Part shown: positions 25,634 to 39,529 of the stretch, piece by piece
How positions within the stretch are numbered: the stretch's first letter is position 1
Layout: the number at the start of each line of letters is the position of its first letter
Assembly: GCA_002269645.1 (NCBI GenBank)
Contig: NIVC01001077.1
Coordinates: forward strand, 124,001-188,000
Direction of reading: 5' to 3'
DNA: 64,000 bases
DNA from: Macrostomum lignano
Lineage: Eukaryota
Translations under genes and position numbers: made by a program
The notes under the pieces: generated by a model
What the model was told of the DNA's origin: nothing
Databases searched by the model: none
Seen by the model: only the letters and a program-made list of their open reading frames with translations

Positions 25634-26818
25634 CAGGGGTCGGCAACCTTTTTCCACTTGAGGGCCAGATGAGATTTTTAGTTTAAGACCATAGGCCATA
25701 GGTTGCCCCCTCAATTATTCTGTCCCTTCTTGATTGCTCTGTCCCCCCCCCCTCATTAGGTCTTTACCCTCTAGAATCCGCCCGTTGGGCTTGGGTCTTT
25801 ACCTTCAAGAATGCGCTCCTTGGGTCTTTGTCTATATCCTCTAGAATCTACCATCCAGAAAGACCCAGTTACTTTCTTCTAGGATCTTTACCCTCTAGAA
25901 TCTGCCCCCTGGGTCTTTCTCCAGAATCTGCTCTCCTGGGTCTTTACCCTCCAGAATCTGCCCCCTGGGTCTTTCTCCAGAATCTGCTCTCTTGGGTATT
26001 TACCCTCCAGAATCTGCCCCCTGGGTCTTTCTCCAGAATCTGCTCTCTTGGGTATTTACCCTCCAGAATCTGCCCCCTGGGTCTTTCTCCAGAATCTGCT
26101 CTCCTGGGTCTTTACCCTCCAGAATCTGCCCCCTGGGTCTTTCTCCAGAATCTGCTCTCCTGGGTCTTTACCCTCTAGAATTTGCCCCCTGGGTCTTTCT
26201 CTAGAATCTGCTCTCCTGGGTCTTTACCCTCTAGAATCTGCCCCCCTGGGTCTTTCTCCAGAATCTGCTCTCCTGGGTCTTTACCCTCCAGAATCTGCCC
26301 CTTGGTCTTTCTCTAGAATCTGCTCTCCTGGGTCTTTACCCTCTAGAATCTGCCCCCTGGGTCTTTCTCCAGAATCTGCTCTCCTGGGTCTTTACCCTCT
26401 AGAATCTGCCCCCTGGGTCTTTCTCTAGAATCTGCTCTCCTGGGTCTTTACCCTCTAGAATCTGCCCCCCTGGGTCTTTCTCCAGAATCTGCTCTCCTGG
26501 GTCTTTACCCTCTAGAATCTGCCCCCTGGGTCTTTCTCTAGAATCTGCTCTCCTGGGTCTTTACCCTCTGGAATCTGCTCTCTGGTTCTTTAGTACATTA
26601 CTATATTTGTACCCCTCCCTATTATTTGTCATTAAAGTTGGCAATTGAGAAAAGAAATTCCCCATTTTTAGTGCACAAAACTTTTGTGGATAAAACAATG
26701 CAGTTACAATAAAGGTGCAGGCCAGATTATAGTAATGAAGATAAAGGAAGTTTGCAGGCCACATAGAAAGTCTTTGCAGGCTGGATCTGGCCCGCAGGCT
26801 AGAGGTTGCTGACCCTTG
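25634..26818. mobile_element. Non-autonomous hAT (Charlie/MER58-like) element with internal minisatellite
   Basis: TIRs CAGGGGTCGGCAACC / GGTTGCTGACCCTTG (13/15). Perfect 8-bp TSD GCTTAGGC at 25626-25633 and 26819-26826. Subterminal GGCCCGCAGGC..G motif typical of Charlie-type ends. No transposase ORF. Confidence 0.9.
25760..26585. repeat. 56-bp dimeric minisatellite inside the hAT element
   Basis: Unit CCAGAATCTGCCCCCTGGGTCTTTCT + CCAGAATCTGCTCTCCTGGGTCTTTACCCT (26+30). Confidence 0.95.
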
Positions 26819-27351
26819 GCTTAGGCCAACTTTATTTATCTAAACTGATTATATTTTTTATATGTTATTAATACTTTGTTTTGGCTATTATAGCTAGCCA
26901 AGGGTCAAATTGTGCCAGATAATTATTTTAATGTGCCTGAAAAATACAAGTAGCAAATGTGCCAAAAATGGATATAATATAACCCCAAAGACTTAAATAT
27001 CTCCCTTTGCATTGAAAGCCCTACATAGGCCTACTATCTTTGGCCCACAATGTCAACAGTTATATAGCATCAAAAATTTACTGAAGTCCCTAACCCTAAA
27101 ACTTAAGTGAAGAGTTCTCCTTGTTTTAAAATTGGCAACATTTTTTTTTATTAGCCTAACCCTAACCCTCATATATAAAATCAATAGTTCCAACTATCCA
27201 ATGAAATGATCATTCAAGTCTTAGTTTTCTAAGATTCTTGCAGTCTAATTAATCTGAATTTATAGCATTTAAATTATCCACAAATTAATTTATAACCTTC
27301 ATGAAACTTCTATACAATATAATAAATAGCTAATCATAGCCATAGCAGCAG

Positions 27352-27735
27352 ATGGAACAGCCACAACAACAGATGGAACAGCCACAACAACAGATGGAAC
27401 TGCCACAACAACAGATGGAACAGCCACAACAGCAGATGGAACAGCCACAACAACAGATGGAACAGCCACAACAACAGATGGAACAGCCACAACAGCAGAT
27501 GGAACAGCCACAACAACAGATGAAACAGCCACAACAACAGATGGAACAGCCACAACAACAGATGGAACAGCCACAACAACAGATGGAACTGCCACAACAC
27601 CAGATGAAACAGCCACAACAACAGATGGAACAGCCACAACAACAGATGGAACAGCCACAACAACAGATGGAACAGCCACAACAACAGATGGAACAGCCAC
27701 AACAACAGATGGAACTGCCACAACAGCAGATGGAA
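27352..27735 (+). repeat. 21-bp in-frame minisatellite (MEQPQQQ x18) at the ZNHIT6 start
   Basis: Unit ATGGAACAGCCACAACAACAG; 18 complete units, then ATGGAACAAGCA at 27730. Confidence 0.97.
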
Positions 27736-29130
27736 CAAGCAAGCAATCGCTTAGGCCAGTGCCAGCGCTGCAACACTTGGGCAGCTCGATACACCTGCCC
27801 AAGCTGCCTTGAGCACACCTGTTCTCTAACCTGCTCAACAGCTCACAAAGTTGCCACCGGGTGCAGCGGCAAGCGCGATCCCACAGAGTTTGTACCATTG
27901 AAAAGCTTCACAGATGCCAATCTATTAAGCGACTATCGATTCCTGGAGTCTGTCGATCACAGCCTAGACCGAGTGATGCGGCTGCGGCAGTCGCTGTGCA
28001 CTCCTGTTGGCGGCGGTGGCAGCGGAGCCCGCGGACCCAGCAAGCAGCAGCGAGAGCTGCAGGTAAAAATGATATTGATGTTAATTCCGATATTTTAAAT
28101 ATCCAAGGGTCCTCAAATTCTTCTATAGATAGATAGATAATAGATAGATGGATAGATAGATACAATAGATATACAGACAGACAGACAGAGAGGCAGACTG
28201 TCACACAGACAGGCAGACTGTCACACAGACAGGCAGACTGTCACACAGACAGACAGGCAGCCTGTCACACAGACAGGCAGGCTGTCACACAGACAGGCAG
28301 ACTGTTACACAGACAGACAGGCTGTCACACAGACAGACAGGCTGTCACACAGACAGACAGGCAGACTGTCAGACAGATAGGCAGACTATCAAACAGACAG
28401 ACAGGCAGACTATCACACAGGCAGACTGTCACACAGACAGGCAGACTGTCGCAGACAGACAGGCAGACTGTCACAGACAGACAGGCGGACTGTCACAAAG
28501 ACAGACAGGCTGTCACACAGACAGGCAGACTGTTACACAGACAGACAGGCTGTCACACAGACAGACAGGCAGACTGTCAGACAGATAGGCAGACTATCAA
28601 ACAGACAGACAGGCAGACTATCACACAGGCAGACTGTCACACAGACAGGCAGACTGTCGCAGACAGACAGGCAGACTGTCACAGACAGACAGGCAGCCTG
28701 TCACACAGACACACAGGCAGGCTATCACTAACATGCTAGGCTCCCGCAACCGCCGCAGGCATTCTGTCGCGCCAGCCGCGGCATCGAGCTGGTGTTCATG
28801 CCGGCCGGCATGTCTCGCAGGCGGTGCAACCGCAGCCACCTCAGGCAGGCCGGCAGGCGCAACAGCCAGTCAGGTTCGGCGCCCGCAGTCCACTGGACCG
28901 TTGAGGCTCGATTTCCAACTGGACGAAAATTTGCCTCCGCTCCGGACACTAGCCGACTGTCCGAGATTTTGCAACGCTGGCGTCACCTGTGGCCGAGCCA
29001 GCAGCCGGACTGCAGCCTGTGCCGGCTTGACCAGGGCGACAAGCTGTGCCCGATAGACTGCAACCAGAGCCTCGCCGATCTGCTTCGCGGCACCACCGTA
29101 GTTGAATTTCCAGTGTTTGTTATTCGCTAA
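27352..29130 (+). CDS. ZNHIT6: Box C/D snoRNA biogenesis protein BCD1/ZNHIT6 (zf-HIT); exons join(27352..28062,28759..29130); the start could be any in-frame ATG from 27352 to 27730
   Basis: CQRCNTWAARYTCPSCLEHTCSLTCSTAHKVATGCSGKRD..VPLKSFTDANLLSDYRFLESV is the zf-HIT plus LLSDYRFLE motif of BCD1. Donor CAG|GTAAAA at 28063 and acceptor CCGCAG| at 28758 (phase 0) lead to AFCRASRGIELVFMPAGMSRRRCNRS..HWTVEARFP..SLADLLRGTTVVEFP, matching the BCD1 C-terminal region. Confidence 0.9.
28125..28725. repeat. GATA/GACA-derived repeats filling the ZNHIT6 intron
   Basis: (GATA)n followed by GACAGACAGGCAGACTGTCACACA-type units, with an internal duplicated block. Confidence 0.9.
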
Positions 29131-29246
29131 TCTGTGTGTTTTAAAATAGGCATTTTTTAACTGGCATTTTGTTTCATTTGTTTCCGATAAGTGTCCTGTA
29201 ACAGTTTGAATTCGTGAGCTGTCCTGCGACTGAAGCACAATTATAA

Positions 29247-29252
29247 AATAAA
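29247..29252 (+). terminator. Candidate ZNHIT6 polyadenylation signal
   Basis: AATAAA about 115 bp after the stop. Confidence 0.4.
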
Positions 29253-29359
29253 TCATCTTTTTGTCACCTTGTTAAACCAACAGCTCGCCTTATTGATAGC
29301 AATAGCAGACCTTGATTGTTTCTCTGACTTTCCTTGCTTTCCAGGAGCTGCACTCGCTG

Positions 29360-29897
29360 TTAGACTGCTGTCACCCTCCTTACACAGAATGCTGTCACCC
29401 TCCTAACAGACTGCTGTCACCCTCCTTACACAGAATGCTGTCACCCTCCTAACAGACTGCTGTCACCCTCCTATCACAGACTGCTGTCACCCTCCTATTA
29501 CATACTGCTGTCACCCCCTTACACAGACTGCTGTCACCCTCCTTACCCAGACTGTTGTCACCTTCTTATTACAGACTGCTGTCACCCTCCTATTATGGAC
29601 TGCTGTCACCCTCCTATTACTGTCTGCGTTACCATCCTTACACAGACTGCTGTCACCATCTTAACAGACTGCTGTCACCATCCTAACAGACTGCTGTCAC
29701 CATCCTTACGCAGACTGCTGTCACTATCTTAACAGACTGCTGTCACCATCCTAACAGACTGCTGTCACCATCCTTACGCAGACTGCTGTCACTATCTTAA
29801 CAGACTGCTGTCACCATCCTAACAGACTGCTGTCACCATCCTTACGCAGACTGCTGTCACCCTTCTAATACAGACTGCTGGCCTGTCACCCTCCTAA
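29360..29897. repeat. 22-24-bp minisatellite
   Basis: CAGACTGCTGTCACC(C/A)TCCTAA units. Confidence 0.92.
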
Positions 29898-30212
29898 TCC
29901 CCATAAAAAATCGTCTTATATTCCTGAGCAAATCTTCAGCAGAAAAAAGACAGCCATCAGGAGAGTTCGAGCTGTGTGCTCCCCCCCCCCTGAGCTAAAC
30001 TTTTTGCGGCAGAGCTACAAAGTCCCAGCTTGTCAGCTCCGTCAGTCCGGATTCGCATGAGCTGGCGGCAGCGTTCACTGGCGCGTGCTCTCGCAGCTGT
30101 CCTGACTAATTTTACATGTTCAATCAGATGCTGTCTGTTGAAAGACAAAAGAAGCCAGGTCGAGCATGTACTTTTAATTTAGTGGAGTGGTCTAATAAAA
30201 TAGACTGCTAAT

Positions 30213-30515
30213 AGCTAATAATAAAATGATAATAATTGATGACACCTGCCCCAATAGGGCCAGAAGTGCAACCGACAGCTCAGCCGCAGCTATTGCGAGG
30301 CGCATCTGAAGGCTGCGTACGGCTGTTCAGTCCAAGGACTGGGGGGGGGGTCGCCACACACACCCTAAATTACCCTACCTAATGCTGGCGCCCATTTTAA
30401 GTTAAGTGTCTTGCTCAAGGACATAAATTGTTCCAGTGGGATCGGGAATCGAACCCCCGACCTCAAGGTCATGGTCCGACGCTCTATAACCACTTAGGCT
30501 ACAACAACTAAAAAG
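30213..30515 (-). mobile_element. tRNA-derived SINE family 1, copy b
   Basis: The reverse complement reads AAGTGGTTATAGAGCG..GGGGGTTCGATTCCC..TGTCCTTGAGCAAGACACTTAAC.., with the same 3' body as copy a and an (ATT)n-like tail. Confidence 0.85.
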
Positions 30516-31206
30516 CAACAAAGCTCCGGTTTACTTCATGCAGTTACGTGAAGCAACAAAACATCAAAATGCCTTGTCCAGATGCGCGCAACAAAAATGG
30601 TAAACGTAAATGGCTCATTTGATGGCGGTGTGAAAAAGTCTTTACTGTTTGCGATCGAATATTGACTGAACGTCATACTCGAACCAATCTTCCTGCCAGC
30701 CCCCAACCGAAAATTCGCGCTTATGGCAGCATCCTGAAGACTAAGAAACAAGATTGCGTCTTTTGGCCACGCGGAAGTTTCCTCAAACTCAAATTGGAGA
30801 AAGAGAGATTCTTAATTTTTAATCCTGTCCCAAATTTGTCTCTTCTCAGCACGCACATGCACACGAGTATGAAGGAAAAAGGGAATGTCAAGAGTGAGAG
30901 AGAATTGAGGAAAGCCAAGGCTTAGCTACAATTTAATGACTTGTTGCTCGCGTGTGCCGCGTCCAACCCCCCACCGCGAGCCGGATAAGCAAAGGTTCTT
31001 TCTTTGCATGCACAGAAAAGTTTTTCCTTCTTGTGTCCCTGTCTTCCTTCCCGTCCTGTTGCAGCAGCGAACAGAATGGCTGGCTGCTTGGTTTTTTCAT
31101 TGGCATTTCCTATATAAACTGCGCACGCGCACGTGAAACGTTGCTGGATCTCATTTCCGCTTGATCTAACCATGGATTCTGTGAGCTTAATTATAACTTC
31201 TATGTC

Positions 31207-31221
31207 GTTGCCATGGGTAAC
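31207..31221. promoter_or_regulatory. RFX X-box-like motif
   Basis: GTTGCCATGGGTAAC fits GTNRCC-N(0-3)-RGYAAC. No target gene identified nearby. Confidence 0.3.
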
Positions 31222-31420
31222 CGCGCTGGAAGCCAGGGATCTTTGTTTTTCCTTGCATCTATGAATACGTCAATTCTTCAATTTAGCGCGTGCTTTTTCC
31301 GGTACAGTGCAACTGAAATATGAATGTGAATATCATGCAACTCTGACTGGCATTACAGGTGTCAATCAAAATGGAATTATTCCGTGTCAGAATGCAAGTA
31401 AATTGCTTTGAGTTACAAGT

Positions 31421-31429
31421 AGAGAAAGT

Positions 31430-31490
<61 letters not shown>

Positions 31491-31555
31491 ATTAGTGTCT
31501 GTCTGTCTGTCTGTCTGTATTAGTGTCTGTCTTAGTGATTGTCTGTCTGTCTTAG
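31421..31555. repeat. (TCTG)n / TATTAGTG satellite left of piggyBac
   Basis: GTCT tetramers punctuated by ATTAGT. Confidence 0.93.
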
Positions 31556-31561
31556 CAGTAA

Positions 31562-33545
31562 CACGACGGATGGCCTGCATAGCAGGCCATGGAGCCTTTC
31601 CACTCAAAACGGTTCTTTATGCCGAGCAGTCTGTGGGTAAATTGATGTCAACTCAAGCTCGCTATTCCAGACTGCTAATTCTGCTGAGCCGAACGATTGA
31701 CCATAGATATCTGTGTGGCACTGCAGTTAAGGACTGATGACCTGCATGGCAGGCCATCCGCTAATTCAGCAGAAGCAAAGACACGGTATTACGGTGTGGT
31801 TCAAATAATTTTATTTATGGAAGAGAACAAACCGTTATTAAAGTGAATATTTTTTACTTCTTACTCAATCTGACAAATAGCAAAAATAACCCGCGGTTTC
31901 AACAAGAAGAACTTTACAAATTTGTTAAAATACGAGTACGCCGAGGCTTCAACAGAAATGAGTAGAAACGAGTAGAAACTTTCAGGAATTTACCACGTCA
32001 ATTACTGAGAAGAAAACTGTTGATTAATAAGTTCAATGGGCCTAAGTACAGGGATATAATTTATCATAACATCAAAATATAAAAGAGATTTATACACGAA
32101 AGCAATTGAATCCACATATAGAGTTAATTCAATTGTGCTATATTCGATTTATTTATTAATTTGCCAATGCATTTGTTCCACAATGGACATCTTCAGGGCT
32201 TCATTAATACTCGTAATTTAATAGTCAGAAAACGATTCGGCACAATTGAATTTATTTTATATGTTGATTCTCGCTTTCGTTTATCTACTTTTTTTCAAGC
32301 GAGCTACTTTACCTAAAAGCGATTTAAACAACAGATTATAGCAGAAATTTCAACTCAATGTATCAAGTTTTTTAATGTGAGTTAGAATTAACAAAGGCAG
32401 AATTAGTTCTACGTGTGCCACTCACGAAAGCATTCACCAATGCACAGTCCGGGTGACCCTTGGCAGCTGGAGCAGACAAAGACTGTCTTTTTCTGAACAC
32501 CATTTTGCCAGCAGACTCTGCATCTTTTGGCAGGTCTTTCTTGAGCTGCTGTCGCTGGGAGACGTTGAGCGTAGTGGCCATTGTTCTGCTGTTCCGGTTC
32601 ATTCACAGGAGCAGCCCGTTTTCTGCCAGTACCAGAGTTGACCATCAGCTGACGTGTGTGTGCGCAGAAATGAAAGAAATTTAGCGGACCCACCAGCCTT
32701 CGAATACAAAATCCAGCAATTGTGTACTCCCTGAAGTAGCAGGTGAAAACCTAGGCGGTGAAACCAACGGTAAGTCTTACGACAGGCCAAGTACGGCTGT
32801 AGAGAACCATCCAGCCTGTCCACTCCGCCCATGTTCTTGGAGTAAACAAAAGCTGTGCTGTCCTCCACTTTGCTTTCGATCAACAAGCTTCACAGCAAGC
32901 AGGCCCTCTTTTCGAGAAAATGCACATGAGTTGGCAGGAAGAGCCAGCTGCCGTAGACAGTCGGGGATCCCGCGATCTTGTCGAACTGTGCCCGTCAGAA
33001 ATGTGGATTTAGACAGCAGGAACTCGGCCAGTCGAGCCGAAGTAAACCAGCTGTCCGTGAACAGGTGATAGCCAAGGTTTAAAGTCTGGCTGCTCAACTC
33101 AACCACAATGCGCTCGCTGATAGAAAGGTGGTCACACTCCAGCCCTTGTCCAAATTTCCTGTTTTCCGCATCTGTACTGTGGATTAAAAAGTTCCACATG
33201 TACCCTGTCTGGGATTCACATAGACAGTACATTTTGATGCCAAACTTGTTTCGCTTGCTTGCAGGTATGTACTGACGAAAAATCAGGCGTCCTTTGTACA
33301 GCACTAGCGATTCGTCAATGCAGATAACTTTAAAGTTATTCAACCTGTCAACGCAGTGACAACTCCAGTACAATTTTTCAGTCAGGAGCTGTGACACTGA
33401 GTACAAACACGCCCATAGACAATATCGTAGTTGCCTGCAGCCATGGCCTGCATAGCAGGCCATCCGTCTTTAAGTGAGGAGATCAGAAGGTTTACAAAAC
33501 TTAGAAAATTTTCTATGGCCTGCTATGCAGGCCACCCGTTCGCAA
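31562..33545 (-). mobile_element. Defective piggyBac (DDE_Tnp_1_7 / PGBD4-like) DNA transposon
   Basis: Transposase fragments in three frames: IDESLVLYKGRLIFRQYIP.KRNKFGIKMYCLCES, LFTDSWFTS, MGGVDRLD (all three catalytic Asp present) and the C-terminal Cys-rich domain CRVC..CSSC..LCIGECFREWH ending at 32409. The N-terminal third is missing, with an internal deletion/frameshift near 32875 and a frameshift near 32665. Inverted end repeats at 31565-31592 / 33515-33540 (24/26) and TTAA-flanked inner repeats at 31731 / 33469. Confidence 0.9.
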
Positions 33546-33581
33546 TTGAGATGATATGTTTTCAATTCGTCAGGAAGAGGT

Positions 33582-35047
<1,466 letters not shown>

Positions 35048-35947
35048 GTCAATAATTCCGGTGCCAGTCAAACAATTGCTAATTATGCGAGTAGCTATTT
35101 ACGCATTTGTTTACTTGCTGGGGAAATCTTCAGTAAATTATAATGTGGTTGATGGAGTAAAAGCACTTACAGGCAAGCATGTTTATTCTCACTATAGTGC
35201 CTGCACTCACACCGTGAATCCGATATCGAGTGAAGAGCCATGTGACGAGCAGCTTCACAACCATATTTCTCGACCGAAATTAGTGCTGGGATTCGAGACC
35301 ATCTAAAAAATAAGTCGATTTTTTTCGATTTTCCGTGAGCTTTAGCGGCAAAATGCAATTAACACACCGATTGCAGTAAGCAAATACCAGTCTAAGTTCA
35401 TAGTGCTTCAGCTTAATTGAAGTCAACATGAAGAATATGATTGACAGTTTTCTCCTGTTTATAACATGCAACACCCCCCTTTTTGAGTGTTCTGTCGAGT
35501 TGAGTCCTTTTTAGTTTCAGTCTCGCGGTTTGTTTATTGTCTTCAAGCCATTGATCTTACTATATTATAGCAGCCTCTTTATTAATGGGATCTTTTTACA
35601 ACTCTAAGTAAAAAATATATTTTCCCTATCGCCCGTTTTAAAACGGCCTACATAAACTTGTAATGACCTTCTCACGGGCCCATTCATAGTGTACCTTTAT
35701 TTATAACTCAATATACACGCAGTCTGCAGCTTTCATTTTCATCCCAGACTGCTCTCGCTCCTTAACAGTTAATCCAACTGTTATTTTTAAAGTGCATAGT
35801 TCCATTTAGATATTTTGGAATTTTGTTAAAAATTCAATCCCAGCGACAGCACACCTTGCAGCTTTACAAGCTTGAAATCTTATCTGACTGGCCCGCTTTT
35901 TTATGCTATTGTGCAAAATGTTGTGGTACTTCTGGTATTAGGTGACA

Positions 35948-36327
35948 ATTAGGATGTGTCAGGTGAGACAATAAGGGTGTGTCAGGTGAGACAATTAGGG
36001 TGTGTCAGGTGAGACAATTAGGGTGTGTCAGGTGAGACAATTAGGGTGTCAGGTGAGACAATTAGGGTATCAGGTGAGCCAATTAGGGTGTGTCAGGTAA
36101 GCCAATTAGGGTGTCAGGTGAGACAATTAGGGTGTCAGGTGAGACGATTAGTGTGTGTCTGTCAGGTGAGACAATTAGGGTGCTGTGTCAGGTGAGACAA
36201 TTAGGATGTGTCTGTCAGGTAAGCCAATTAGGGTGTCAGGTGAGACAATTAGGGTGTCAGGGGAGACAATTAGGGTGTCAGGTGAGACAATTAGGGTGTG
36301 TCAGGTGAGACAATTAGGGTGTCAGGT
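35948..36327. repeat. 21-23-bp minisatellite
   Basis: TCAGGTGAGACAATTAGGGTG units. Confidence 0.93.
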
Positions 36328-36849
36328 GCATTCCAGACACAGCCCATAGAGTTTGCACAAGCAACAAACCAGTCAGTAGAAAGAGAAATGATGGAGAAAC
36401 TTGTCGAGAACCAACTGCATGTGGCTGCCAGTTACCTCTTAGTTAGTGAGGCTGGCGCATCATTGGCAGCGGGGTGGACCCAATCAGCGCCCTCGTGCAT
36501 CTGGCTGGAGTCAACTGTTAAAAGTACACGTATGTACTAGCTAGGTAAAAAGAGGCGGATAGGGATCTGCCAGTGGATCTGCTGCATCAGGGTTCGGAGC
36601 AGCGCGGGCACCGAGCCTGCAAAACGGTGAAGGCAGCTGGCCGGAGGAAGAGCATTGTAAATTGCACTTCACCCCGTCATTTAGATGATCGATCCCTTTA
36701 TAGCTATTCATCGCTAAAAGCGTGTTGAATAAAACACCGACAAACTCTCATCTTCGATATTGACGGTAAGTAGTTGTCTTCGTGGCACTTTTGCTTGTGA
36801 AAAATTCTGTTCTCAGCGGAAGTCTGTGGTTTGTGTAGGGGGGGGGGGT

Positions 36850-37732
36850 ATTTAGACACGGATTTTATGATGGGAGATTTAGACACGGATTTTATGGTGG
36901 GAGATTTAGACACAGATTTTATGATGGGAGATTTAGACACGAATTTTATAATGGGAGATTTAGACACGGATTTTATGGTTGGAGATTTAGACACGGATTT
37001 TATGGTGGGAGATTTAGACACGGATTTTATGGTGGGAGATTTAGACACGGGTTTCATGGTGGGAGATTTAGACACGGATTTTATGGTGGGAGATTTAGAC
37101 ACGGATTTTATTGTGGGAGATTTAGACACGGATTTAATGGTGGGAGATTTAGACACGGATTTTATTGTGGGAGATTTAGACACGGATTTTATTGTGGGAG
37201 ATTTAGACACGGGTTTCATGGTGGGAGATTTAGACACGGGTTTTATTGTGGGAGATTTAGACACGGGTTTCATGGAGGGAGATTTAGACACGGGTTTCAT
37301 GGTGGGAGATTTAGACACGGATTTTATGGTGGGAGATTTAGACACGGGTTTCATGGTGGGAGATTTAGACACGGATTTTATTGTGGGAGATTTAGACACG
37401 GATTTTATGGTGGGAGATTTAGACACGGATTTTATTGTGGGAGATTTAGACACGGATTTTATTGTGGGAGATTTAGACACGGGTTTCATGGTGGGAGATT
37501 TAGACACGGGTTTTATTGTGGGAGATTTAGACACGGGTTTCATGGAGGGAGATTTAGACACGGGTTTTATTGTGGGAGATTTAGACACGGGTTTCATGGT
37601 GGGAGATTTAGACACGGATTTTATTGTGGGAGATTTAGACACGGATTTTATTGTGGGAGATTTAGACGCGGATTTTATTGTGGGAGATTTAGACACGGTT
37701 TTTATGATGGCAGATTTAGACACGGATTTTAA
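36850..37732. repeat. 27-bp minisatellite, about 33 copies
   Basis: GATTTAGACACGG(A/G)TTT(T/C)AT(G/T)GTGGGA; one stop-free frame on each strand. Confidence 0.97.
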
Positions 37733-38299
37733 CAGTATGAGTTAGCAATCCAATTATCTATGTAGTATTCATCTGAACCTTCAAAATAAGCATCCCGTGT
37801 TCTTCTATTTAATCCAGTATTGCTCAGGCGAATTTCTACGAGTGATAAACAGAAGCGACAAGAGAAAAAGCTCAATCCACCGCTATAGTCCTCCTTAGAT
37901 CCCAATTTTTCAGCGCCAAACTCTCTCCATTATGGAGAGCAAGCCTGCTGAGTTGGCATCTGTTCGCTGCCAAAAATAAATGAGTACAATGCTAGCTCGT
38001 ACAATGATTTTGTAGTGCAGCTTTGGTTGGCTTGCTGAGATGCAGCTAACCAACAGTGTTTGACAAGGGGAAATGGCGTGAGAAGTGGCAGAATGCGCCA
38101 CGCCAGCCCTGCTCCAACCCTCAGCTGTCCTCTCACTCCCCAGCACTGTACACCCTGCATATTTCCAAGCCGATATGCGGAATTTGATACACACCTTATT
38201 GGCAGCCATGTGCATTTGATTGCGAAAAAGTTATCCAATGTCAATCAATGTAAGAATATATTGATTTCTACCTTGGACTTGTACTTTAGTTAGCCATCG

Positions 38300-38840
38300 T
38301 CTTTTGAATGTATTTGTGGCTTTCTGAATGTATTTGTGGGCCTTCTGAATGCATTTGTGGCTTTCTGAATGTATTTGTGGCTTTCTGAATGTATTTGTGG
38401 GCCTTCTGAATGCATTTGTGGCTTTCTGAATGTATTTGTGGCTTTCTGAATGTATTTGTGGTTTTCTGAAGGTATTTGTGCACTTCTTAATCTATTTTTT
38501 GGCTTTCTGAATGTATTTGTGGCTTTCTGAATGTATTTGTGGTTTTCTGAAGGTATTTGTGCACTTCTTAATCTATTTTTTGGCTTTCTGAATGTAGTTT
38601 TGGCTTTTTAATGCATTTATGACTTTTTTACGTATTTGTGGCTTTCCGAATGCATTTCCGGCTTTCTGAATGTCTGAATGTATTTGTGGCTTTCTGAATG
38701 TATTTGTGGCTTTCTAAATGTATTTGTGCCCTTCTTAATGTAGTTGTAGGCCTTCTGAATGTATTTGTGGCTTTCTAAATGTATTTGTGCCCTTCTTAAT
38801 GTAGTTGTGGGCCTTCTGAATGTATTTGTGGCTTTCTAGG
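38300..38840. repeat. 20/21-bp minisatellite
   Basis: GCTTTCTGAATGTATTTGTG units. Confidence 0.92.
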
Positions 38841-39529
38841 TTTGGATTGATCACTGAAAGGACTGCTAGGGTTAATTTCGGGAGAAGTATACAGCGATAC
38901 AATTGATGACCAGAATCTCCATAGTCTTATTTTGTAGTTGAATAGATTCTCCATCTCCCTCTCTAAGCATCTCAGCCTCTCTCTCTCTCCTGATGAAGCG
39001 GCCCCAATCTCTCGAGTGCTCAACCAAGCATCGCGATGGGTTTCAAGCCTCAGTCCCTACTATAACAGAATCCAAGACCGCTGGGCTACATCTCCTCATT
39101 CCCAATGTGCCGGTCGCAGGACGGCCCGCCCCCCATAGTTACTGCAAAGTTGCTCTTGGACCCGAGCTCCCACTCTCCCCTTATTTCTTCCCCATGCGGA
39201 GCTGCTCTCGATCTATTCTATATATCCTTTTTTCTTTCCTTTTCCGATAGACCGAGCATGAGACAGGCAGTAAGGCCAACTCAAGGGTTTGAGGATCGAA
39301 CAGTGGGGGGGGGGTGATGGGGTCTAAGGGATAAACAGGCTGGCAGAGTTGCTGCCACTGCTGCTTCTGAGCTGTTAGGGATGAAGTTCTCTACCAAGTG
39401 GGAAGCAACGGCGGTGCATAGAGTGCGAGACTTATTTTGCTGTTATTTAGGCTCAGAACTGCACGAGGAAAACTTTTCCGCGAGTGCAAGGGTTGTGTTA
39501 ATTTTTAAAATACATGTTTTTTGCACAGC

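Noticed and set aside
29957-30148. Exon of a minus-strand gene
   Set aside because: GC-rich patch with no consistent splice sites, recognisable product or partner exons.
36704-37745. Long repetitive proteins (SKSPTIKSV x33 on -, DLDTDFMVG x33 on +)
   Set aside because: Open frames on both strands follow from a stop-free 27-bp unit; there is no supporting non-repetitive coding context.
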